DNA from: an uncultured Gammaproteobacteria bacterium
GTDB taxonomy: Bacteria; Patescibacteriota; Patescibacteriia; Magasanikbacterales; UBA922
Assembly (NCBI GenBank): GCA_964612105.1
Contig: CAZTEU010000001.1
Span: forward strand, 147,437 to 211,436
Direction of reading: 5' to 3'
Length of the DNA: 64,000 bases
Shown here: piece after piece, positions 47,266 to 54,855 of the stretch
Position numbering within the stretch: position 1 is the first letter of the stretch
Layout: every line of letters starts with the position of its first letter
Program-made: the position numbers and the translations under genes
Notes under the pieces: generated by a model
What the model was told of the DNA's origin: nothing
The model's database searches: none
The model's input: the letters and a program-made list of their open reading frames with translations, nothing else

Positions 47266-48123
47266 ATGATATTAGCATCTTCAGGTACCATCGAGGATCG
47301 TTTGGTTCACCTACTTGCCACTATTGGCAGTTGTTCTGCTGTCTCACTTCATGAGCAGTACGCAAAAACACACAGATCCATTTCAAAACAAGCAGTATAC
47401 AAAGTGCTTCGTAATTTGCAAAGTTGTGAAGTAGTGTACAAACACAACGGCAATTACCATCTCAATATGGGGTGGCTTTTAAATTTTATAGATCTTGCAC
47501 TTAAAGCACAGAACACATACTTTGGAAGTGAATTTCTCAAACAGATTCTTGAGCCAAACAGGTCAAATGAGTGTTCGTGGAGGTTCGAAAGCATTGAATC
47601 TCTTTGTCAAAGATACAGTCAATTACTTATCTTGCTGACAAAAACATCTAAAACAAAAATATTATATCAATACCATCCACATGCGTGGCTTTTTTATATG
47701 TGCAACAACGCATGGCATGCACCACATAACAGATACAGAAACACTTTAAAAAGAAACGGTATTATCTTAGGGTGTGAAGGATACATCGAAAAGGCGTTGT
47801 TTCAGAAAAATCTTAGAAATAATTCTGTTGGACAAATATATATTGCAGATGAGTCCGAAAAAATCTGCACATCACAACAAAACTACACTCATATAATTGA
47901 TGATTTTGTATTGCAAATAGTATTTGATGAATACACGTCAGATATAACATCACGCCTATGTGGACAGATTTCCACAAAAGAAGACATGGAACTCATTGAT
48001 ACTCTATTTAGAAGAAAAGCAAAAATAAAAATAACCCTTAAAAGGGATGAGAGAGCTTCAAAAATACTTAGGGAGAGATTCGAGAGAGTATTTGGTCCTA
48101 TTACTATTCAAGAACAGCTCTGA
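47266..48123 (+). CDS. hypothetical protein with probable N-terminal winged HTH
   Basis: ISKQAVYKVLRNLQSCEVVYKHNGNY; upstream TTGACT-17-TAAATT promoter and AGGGGGGA. Confidence 0.65.
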   Translation: MILASSGTIEDRLVHLLATIGSCSAVSLHEQYAKTHRSISKQAVYKVLRNLQSCEVVYKHNGNYHLNMGWLLNFIDLALKAQNTYFGSEFLKQILEPNRSNECSWRFESIESLCQRYSQLLILLTKTSKTKILYQYHPHAWLFYMCNNAWHAPHNRYRNTLKRNGIILGCEGYIEKALFQKNLRNNSVGQIYIADESEKICTSQQNYTHIIDDFVLQIVFDEYTSDITSRLCGQISTKEDMELIDTLFRRKAKIKITLKRDERASKILRERFERVFGPITIQEQL

Positions 48124-50002
48124 TTCTTCTTACTCCTGCACTTGCAGATTTTTCTTTTTTAATTTTAAATTTTCCAAGATTACCTATCTTCTCAACGTGA
48201 GGACCTCCACAAAATTCTCTACTAAATGTCTTAGATTCAACCCCTGCTGATGGTAGTGAATTGGAATCACCAACAGAGTAAACCTTTACTTGGTCACCGT
48301 AATTATCTGCAAATAAACCAATTGCACCTTTTGACTTTGCCTCTTCAACAGACATCATCTCAAAAGTTACAGAATAGTCTCTCTGTATTGCACCATTTAC
48401 CAAATCCTCTATTTTCTTTTTTTCATCGTCTGTTAATTTTTCCGGATGAGAAAAATCAAAACGCAAACGCTCTGGAGTAATATTACTACCTTTCTGCACA
48501 GCATGAGGTCCAAGCACTTCCCTAACTGCCGCGTGTAATAAGTGTGTCGCAGTGTGATATTTAATACTCATCTCATCATGGTCTGCAAGACCTCCTTTAA
48601 ACTTCTTTTCAATCCCCTTGCGAGAAACATCCTGATGCTTTTCTCTCTCACTATTAAACTCCTTCATATCTACAACAATTCCTTTTTCACTTGCCAACTC
48701 AACAGTAAGTTCAATAGGAAAACCATATGACTGATACAAATCAAAGGCATCTTTTCCAGATATTTTTTTATCTTTTGAAAGCTTAGCAAACTCTTTTATT
48801 CCTTGTTTAATTGTTTCCTGAAACTTACCCTCTTCCTTATTCATCTCCTTTAATATAGTATCTTGTTTATCTAAAAGATCCTTGTAAGTCTCTTGATATG
48901 TTTCTATAACATTTGAAGCTATCTTTCCACAAAATGGTTCTGTAATATTTATCTTCTGCGCATATCTAATAGCTCGCCTAATTAATCTTCTAGTAAAATA
49001 CCCCTGGTCTTTATTTGAAGGATTAGCTCCGTCTAGAATTAAGAACGTTGCTGCACGAATGTGATCTAGAATGACACGAAATGCATAGGTATCTTCTTCA
49101 TCTTCTGAGTATTTCTTATCAGAAAGTTTCTCTAAATTTTCTCGCATTGAATTAAACGCATCTATCATAAAAATGTCTGGATTATCCATAACAGCGGATG
49201 ACATTCTCTCGAGCCCACCACCAAAATCTACATTTTTCTGTTTAAGATTAGTAAACCCTTTCTCTGTTTTCTGATATTCCATAAATACACTGTTCCCGAT
49301 TTCAGAAAATCTTCCACAATCACAATTTACGTGACACTTGTCTTTCCTCCATTGTGACCTTCCATGTAAACCTAAATCTTCTCCAAAGTCCCAAAATATT
49401 TCTGTATCTGGACCACCAGGCTCACCGACAGGCATATTTTTTTTAATGCCTCCCCTACTCCACCAGTTTTTTGTTTCATCGTAATAAAATATTCTGTCAC
49501 CATCCTTCATTCCTTCTTTTTCTGGAATATAATCTGCAATATTTGCATCTATTCCTTTTTCCTTAAACATTTTCTGCCACAAAACAGCAGATTCTTTATC
49601 TTTCTCAACATCCTTATCTCCACGGAAACAAGTTATGTATATACGACTTGGGTCTAGTCCTAATTGATTAACTACAAAATCAAAAACCCATGGAATTTGC
49701 TCTTTCTTAAAATATTCACCTAAAGACCAATTACCAAGCATTTCAAAAAAAGTTGTATGGCGGTTATCACCAACCTCATCTATATCTTGTGTGCGAAAAC
49801 ATCTCTGAGAGTTTGTTATCCTCTCTCCTGCAGGATGTTTCTCACCGAGAAGATATGGAACAATAGGTTGCATCCCAGAGCCAGTAAAAAGTGTAGTTGG
49901 ATCATTTTCTGGTAACAAAGGAGCAGAAGGAAGCACAGTGTGCTTGTTCGATTCAAAAAAAGATAGGTATTTTTTTCTTATTTCATTAATAGTCATACTC
50001 AT
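48104..50002 (-). CDS. alaS: alanine--tRNA ligase (short form)
   Basis: RHTTFFEMLGNWS, DFGGGLER, DHIRAA, HTATHLLH, RLRFDF, EFCGGPHV, GVRRI. Confidence 0.96.
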   Translation of the reverse strand: MSMTINEIRKKYLSFFESNKHTVLPSAPLLPENDPTTLFTGSGMQPIVPYLLGEKHPAGERITNSQRCFRTQDIDEVGDNRHTTFFEMLGNWSLGEYFKKEQIPWVFDFVVNQLGLDPSRIYITCFRGDKDVEKDKESAVLWQKMFKEKGIDANIADYIPEKEGMKDGDRIFYYDETKNWWSRGGIKKNMPVGEPGGPDTEIFWDFGEDLGLHGRSQWRKDKCHVNCDCGRFSEIGNSVFMEYQKTEKGFTNLKQKNVDFGGGLERMSSAVMDNPDIFMIDAFNSMRENLEKLSDKKYSEDEEDTYAFRVILDHIRAATFLILDGANPSNKDQGYFTRRLIRRAIRYAQKINITEPFCGKIASNVIETYQETYKDLLDKQDTILKEMNKEEGKFQETIKQGIKEFAKLSKDKKISGKDAFDLYQSYGFPIELTVELASEKGIVVDMKEFNSEREKHQDVSRKGIEKKFKGGLADHDEMSIKYHTATHLLHAAVREVLGPHAVQKGSNITPERLRFDFSHPEKLTDDEKKKIEDLVNGAIQRDYSVTFEMMSVEEAKSKGAIGLFADNYGDQVKVYSVGDSNSLPSAGVESKTFSREFCGGPHVEKIGNLGKFKIKKEKSASAGVRRIRAVLE

Positions 50003-50088
50003 CTCAGATATTTATAACCAAGAAAAACAATTAATCCTGCAAGGAAAAAGATAAACCAGAATTGTGCGAGAAGTTCCATTAACATACA

Positions 50089-51153
50089 TTATACTATAGC
50101 TCCGCCACCAAGACAGACCTCATCCTTATATATTACAGCAAATTGCCCCGGTGTTACAGCTTTTTGTTTATTTTTGAAAGTAATTGTTAGGTCGTCTATT
50201 ACAGCATCCTGTAGTGGTTGCCTGTGACGCAACCTTACTTTACATTCTAAAGGAAAATCCGGAGTATGTCCACTTATATAGTGAATGTTTTCAAGATTAA
50301 TTATTTCTGCAAACAACTTTGGATCATCATCAAAACCAACGACTAGTTCATTTGTTTCTGTTCTTTTTTCTATAATATACAAAGGTCTATTCTCACCAGG
50401 CTTTTGTTTTATTTCAGAACTTTGCACACCAAAGTTTCTTTGACCTATAGTGTAAAACATCAAACCCTCGTGACTTCCTATCTTCCGACCATCACTTGAG
50501 ATAATATTACCTGGATTCTTTTTTATTTTCTGTTGTAAGAATTCTTTAATTGGCACTTCGCCAACAAAACAAATTCCCATGCTCTCTGCTCGATCAGCTG
50601 TTGGAAGATTGTATTTATGAGCTAGCTCACGCACTTCTTCTTTTGTATAATTTCCAAGCGGAAATTTTATATTTTCTAGCTGTTTTTTTGTGATTTGATT
50701 TAGGAAATATGTCTGATCCTTTTCTTTGTCTTTTGCTTTAAGCAATTTTCCATTTTCTGTTTTTGCATAATGACCTGTTGCAAGATAGTCAAAACCAAGC
50801 TCTCTTGCTTTTCCTAACCAAGCGCCAAATTTTATAAACTTATTACACATTACATCTGGGTTTGGGGTTTTTCCTTTTTCGTATTCACTAAACATGTAGC
50901 CCATTACCCATTCTTTATATTCTTTTTCAAAATCTAATGTAACTAATGATATTCCTAAGTGTGCACAGACTCTCATTGCATCCCTACGATCTACTTTCCA
51001 TGGACACACACCACCTATCTCTTCACCATCACTCCACTGTTTCATATATGCACCTGTAACATCATACCCTTGCTCCACTAATAAAGAAGCGGCTACCGAA
51101 GAATCGACACCGCCTGACATTGCTACTAATATTTTTGTCTTCTTGTTGCTCAT
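50089..51153 (-). CDS. mnmA: tRNA 2-thiouridine(34) synthase
   Basis: AMSGGVDSSV, PNPDVMCN, ATGHY, KDQTYFL, ESMGICF, TIGQR, TPGQ. Confidence 0.97.
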   Translation of the reverse strand: MSNKKTKILVAMSGGVDSSVAASLLVEQGYDVTGAYMKQWSDGEEIGGVCPWKVDRRDAMRVCAHLGISLVTLDFEKEYKEWVMGYMFSEYEKGKTPNPDVMCNKFIKFGAWLGKARELGFDYLATGHYAKTENGKLLKAKDKEKDQTYFLNQITKKQLENIKFPLGNYTKEEVRELAHKYNLPTADRAESMGICFVGEVPIKEFLQQKIKKNPGNIISSDGRKIGSHEGLMFYTIGQRNFGVQSSEIKQKPGENRPLYIIEKRTETNELVVGFDDDPKLFAEIINLENIHYISGHTPDFPLECKVRLRHRQPLQDAVIDDLTITFKNKQKAVTPGQFAVIYKDEVCLGGGAIV

Positions 51154-51160
51154 AAATATA

Positions 51161-51350
51161 ATGAGTGTCCCGCTTTGACACTCATAGTAGTCCGAATGGG
51201 TCGTAAGAACCACATGAGGTTGGGGACCTCAGACACGCGCAAGAGGCGGGAGGTAAGGTGGGTGCCTCAAACGAGTGCGGAGTGCCAAAGCGGAACCATC
51301 CACATGCCAGGGTGGGGAGTGGGCTGTTCTGAACCCAGGCATATAAGATA
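51161..51350 (-). ncRNA. candidate structured 5' leader of mnmA, or sRNA
   Basis: GC-rich 190 nt after promoter TTGACA-17-TATAGT (51356-51384); a 17-bp stem competes with a 9-bp hairpin just before the ATG. Confidence 0.65.
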
Positions 51351-51387
51351 GATAGACTATAGTGATTATTTGCTGTTTTGTCAACAA

Positions 51388-51409
51388 AATACCCCCAAAT
51401 GGGGGTATT
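51388..51409 (-). terminator. intrinsic terminator-like hairpin
   Basis: Minus strand AATACCCCC-ATTT-GGGGGTATT followed by TT, downstream of the 51427 gene. Confidence 0.65.
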
Positions 51410-51426
51410 AAATATATTTCTTTGTA

Positions 51427-51849
51427 TTATTTCGCACCTTTCTTGTCTTCCTGCTCTACTTTTGGCTTAGTAAATGTGCCATCGAACTCATATCCTGCGT
51501 AAGCTGTGAGAATAAGAAACCAAGCATATCCAATATACATTAGCTTGTTTAGGAAAAACTCACCATAATTACCTTCTATAAAAAGAGGCACAGTAATGAT
51601 AGCGTCAAGTATAGAACCTACAACCAAAGCAATAATTCCAAGTAGAATACCTTTTTTAAGAGTTGGAGGATCAGCTTTGAAATACCATTTTGCTGTAAGT
51701 AATACCACAGGTATTAGTAGAACCCAGTAAACGACAAATTGAGTTGTTTCTTTGTCTTGCAGTGCAGGAATAAATATTATGATTGACCAGAGTACGAAGA
51801 TAAATATCCACATTAGTGCTCCAAAACCAAGTGCGCGTTTTATATTCAT
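51427..51849 (-). CDS. membrane protein
   Basis: 140 aa with 4 TMs; LDAIITVP motif. Confidence 0.75.
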   Translation of the reverse strand: MNIKRALGFGALMWIFIFVLWSIIIFIPALQDKETTQFVVYWVLLIPVVLLTAKWYFKADPPTLKKGILLGIIALVVGSILDAIITVPLFIEGNYGEFFLNKLMYIGYAWFLILTAYAGYEFDGTFTKPKVEQEDKKGAK

Positions 51850-51903
51850 ATGAATTAGTTATGATTTATTAATATTTAAATACATTTTAATTATAGCACA
51901 GCT

Positions 51904-51932
51904 TTGACAAAATCAAGATACTGTTTTATTTT
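51904..51932 (+). promoter_or_regulatory. sigma70-type promoter of apt-hpt
   Basis: TTGACA-17 nt-TATTTT. Confidence 0.55.
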
Positions 51933-51980
51933 ACATATGCCTTGCACAAGCAAGCTCAACCAGAAACAGTGGAGGGTTAG

Positions 51981-52571
51981 ATGAGTTCACGAATAGAGTC
52001 GCCAAGCAAGAAAGACCTCAGAGAGGTATCGAATGCTTTCAAGATCACAGAGAACTGGCCAAAACCTGGTGTTACCTTCCGCTGTGTCAGCGGTGTGCTG
52101 GAGTCACCAAAACTTCGACGAATGATGAACATGGCGCTGTCAAAAAGGATCCAGGAAATGACGCCAGATGTCGTTGTGCTCCTCGATTCACGAGGCTTCC
52201 TGCTCACTCCAGCGGTAGACCTCCTCTGTCTGCCAGTTGTCATGGCGCGCAAGGCTGGCAAGCTACCACCACCATGCGTCGCTTACACTTACGACTTGGA
52301 ATACGGAACAGCGACCATCGAGCTACAGAGGCAGGCTTTCCACAAAACCAGCAGGGATATGGCTTCCCGTGGTATGAGTGGACCACCAAGAGTGGTGATC
52401 GCTGATGACGTCCTCGCAACTGGGGGCACTGTACTGGCAACCAAAACCCTTGTGGAACAGTTGGAATGCACAGTGGCAGGATACGTGTTCATCGCAGAGC
52501 TCAATGGACTTGGAGGGTCAAATAGGCTCGCCACAAAGTCCACACCTGTCGAGTCACTCTTTCGTTTCTAG
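51981..52571 (+). CDS. apt: adenine phosphoribosyltransferase (GC-rich class)
   Basis: WPKPGVTF, LDSRGF, RKAGKLP, YDLEYG, IADDVLATGGT; SD GGAGG. Confidence 0.93.
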   Translation: MSSRIESPSKKDLREVSNAFKITENWPKPGVTFRCVSGVLESPKLRRMMNMALSKRIQEMTPDVVVLLDSRGFLLTPAVDLLCLPVVMARKAGKLPPPCVAYTYDLEYGTATIELQRQAFHKTSRDMASRGMSGPPRVVIADDVLATGGTVLATKTLVEQLECTVAGYVFIAELNGLGGSNRLATKSTPVESLFRF

Positions 52572-52583
52572 GGAGGAAGCAAA

Positions 52584-53177
52584 ATGTCCAAGGAAAGAGA
52601 AATCGACCAAATCGATACCCTCCTGACCGCAGAGGAAATCGCAGAGCGTGTTGAGAAGATCGGTAAGCAGATCTCTCTCGACTACAGAGGTAAGTTGGAC
52701 GGCCAACCACTCATCCTCATCTGTGTACTCAAAGGTTCGTTTATCTTCACAGCCGACCTGATGCGTGCCATCGATGAGGACATTCCGGTAATCGTTCAGT
52801 TCATCGCTGTGAGTTCCTACGAGGGGAAAACCACCAAATCAAGTGGTGCTGTTCGTCTCGCATACGACCTCCGTGAAAACATCGAAGGACGAGACTGCAT
52901 CATTGTAGAGGACATCGTTGACACCGGATTGACGGTGAAGTACCTTCTAGATCTGTTTGGGGCACGCAAACCGCGTTCACTGCGAGTCTGTACACTCCTC
53001 CACAAGCCGTCGCGTGAAAAGGTCAAAGTGCCACTGCAATATGTCGGCTACACAATCGAGAACAAGTTCGTTGTTGGTTGCGGTCTGGACTACGACCAGC
53101 TACTACGTGGACGAGGAGACATTGGAGAGCTGGTCTTCAAAGACGAAGGGGAAGAGGGCAGTCCTGAGGGAGGCTAG
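52584..53177 (+). CDS. hpt: hypoxanthine phosphoribosyltransferase (GC-rich class)
   Basis: CVLKGSFIFTADL, VSSY, IVEDIVDTGLT, FVVGCGLDY; SD GGGAGG. Confidence 0.95.
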   Translation: MSKEREIDQIDTLLTAEEIAERVEKIGKQISLDYRGKLDGQPLILICVLKGSFIFTADLMRAIDEDIPVIVQFIAVSSYEGKTTKSSGAVRLAYDLRENIEGRDCIIVEDIVDTGLTVKYLLDLFGARKPRSLRVCTLLHKPSREKVKVPLQYVGYTIENKFVVGCGLDYDQLLRGRGDIGELVFKDEGEEGSPEGG

Positions 53178-53200
53178 TCCTGACACACAAGGTTCAAAAA

Positions 53201-53240
53201 AGGCGAGGTTTACTTCATGTTGACCTCGCCTATTTCTTTT
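53201..53240. terminator. hairpin between convergent genes
   Basis: AGGCGAGGTT...GACCTCGCCT flanked by A- and T-rich tracts. Confidence 0.65.
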
Positions 53241-53243
53241 TAT

Positions 53244-54641
53244 TTATATTTTTATTATTCTGTCCTTGATATAGTCTTCAATCCCCTTTTCATTAAAATC
53301 TTTTATATTTTTCATTGCTGGAGACTCCTCCTTCTCAACTCTTTCGTGTAATGGTTTAAGATATTTTTCCTCACCAAGCCCTCTTTTTTTAAGACCTTCT
53401 TCTGCAATTTCTACTAGTTGTTTTACAATTGGTATAACTTCTTCTACTTCCATGCTCTTCGCTATTGTTTTCTCTCTTAATTCTCTCCAATATTCCCAAG
53501 GTTTTGCATCTACAATTTCTTTTGCTTTTTCTATGTTCTCAACAAGCCCAAGAATAAACGCTGGAGTAGACATAACACTATCCCATGGTTGAGAAGCCAT
53601 GTTACGTGTCTCAATATACAACTTGTATGCATGTTCTTTTGCGTATTCGTCTATCTTGTTATTATCATATGCCTCTAGAAGAGATTGCAAAGATTGTTTT
53701 TCATCAAAAAAGATTTTAGGTCTAGCCTGAGTCCAAATATACATGTTTAACTCATTTACATCCGCAACACTAGGCTCAACCTCTGAAGGCATTACATTTC
53801 CAAGATCGAAAGTCTCCCACTTATCCTTCCTAAAGTAATCTTTAATATCTATAAGAGGACTGATATTATGAAGTGTTTTCCCGCGAAATATACCTGGCAT
53901 TAGTACAGACCAATTATATTCTATGTAATCCCTAAAGGTTTTAAATGGTTTTTTTGGAATACCACACATCCTTTGATTCTTCTCATCTAAATCTTCTACA
54001 AGCTTGTCCCAGCGGTCTTCCCTAATTTCATGACAGTTTTGTATTTTCCATTCCCCTACTCCACTATTTGCAAACAGAGCAATTGTAGCACCACCCAGAG
54101 CATTTAGTGTGTTTGTTACAACCACAGCCTCATCATATTTCATGTCTATACAAACCTGGTGTGCAGAAATATTATGATAATCTGAATGTTTTTGCGCAAA
54201 AGATGGCAACAGCGTCACAATTCTATACCAAATCTTTTCTGACTTTAAATCCGGAAAGCCAGAGGGTGTTTTTGGTTGTAATCCTGTATCTATTAACCCA
54301 ATGCCAATTTTATTTGTAATTTCTAAAAATTCCTTAAGAATCTTCCTCATATTTTTCTCACACTCTTCCAAAGTTGCAAAAGGAAGAAAACCAAATTCTA
54401 TTACACTAGTTCCAGCATCTGTATTAATAATAACTTCCTGTCCATCCTCTTGTGTATAAATAACCCCAACAGGCTGTTTAGTCCCATAGTCAAAATAGGT
54501 TTCAACATTTTCCTTCTTACCCCAGTTTCTCCATATTTCCTTAACCTCATCTCTGGTTATAGCAAGACCTGTTTCTAAATTTATAGCTAGAAACTCATAC
54601 TCTAGTCCTATTTTTCTGTGTTTATCTTCTGGTTTGTACAT
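53244..54641 (-). CDS. glutamate--cysteine ligase family (GCS2-like) protein
   Basis: KIGLEYEF, IEFG, HQVCID, IALFANS, RPK, YIETRNM, AEEGLKKRGLGEEKYL. Confidence 0.72.
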   Translation of the reverse strand: MYKPEDKHRKIGLEYEFLAINLETGLAITRDEVKEIWRNWGKKENVETYFDYGTKQPVGVIYTQEDGQEVIINTDAGTSVIEFGFLPFATLEECEKNMRKILKEFLEITNKIGIGLIDTGLQPKTPSGFPDLKSEKIWYRIVTLLPSFAQKHSDYHNISAHQVCIDMKYDEAVVVTNTLNALGGATIALFANSGVGEWKIQNCHEIREDRWDKLVEDLDEKNQRMCGIPKKPFKTFRDYIEYNWSVLMPGIFRGKTLHNISPLIDIKDYFRKDKWETFDLGNVMPSEVEPSVADVNELNMYIWTQARPKIFFDEKQSLQSLLEAYDNNKIDEYAKEHAYKLYIETRNMASQPWDSVMSTPAFILGLVENIEKAKEIVDAKPWEYWRELREKTIAKSMEVEEVIPIVKQLVEIAEEGLKKRGLGEEKYLKPLHERVEKEESPAMKNIKDFNEKGIEDYIKDRIIKI

Positions 54642-54691
54642 AGTTACCTAGTAAAGGTAACAAAAAAACAACACATTTACAAGATAATAAA

Positions 54692-54805
54692 AAAAATCCC
54701 GATTACTCGGGATTACTAATCTATGCACCATTATTGATGAACAAATTAGTGGGGCGGTGAATCTTTCGATCCACCGCCAGGGGTTCCCTCCTTGGGCTCC
54801 TCCTT
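54692..54805 (-). terminator. tandem AAGGAGG + GNRA hairpin, then intrinsic terminator
   Basis: Minus strand: AAGGAGG-AGCCC-AAGGAGGG...GGCGGTGGATC-GAAA-GATTCACCGCC ... AATCCCGA-GTAA-TCGGGATT-TTTTTT. Confidence 0.7.
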
Positions 54806-54855
54806 CAGATTGTCCGGGACTAAACAACCTACCACCGTTCGTGCTGGCAACACTC

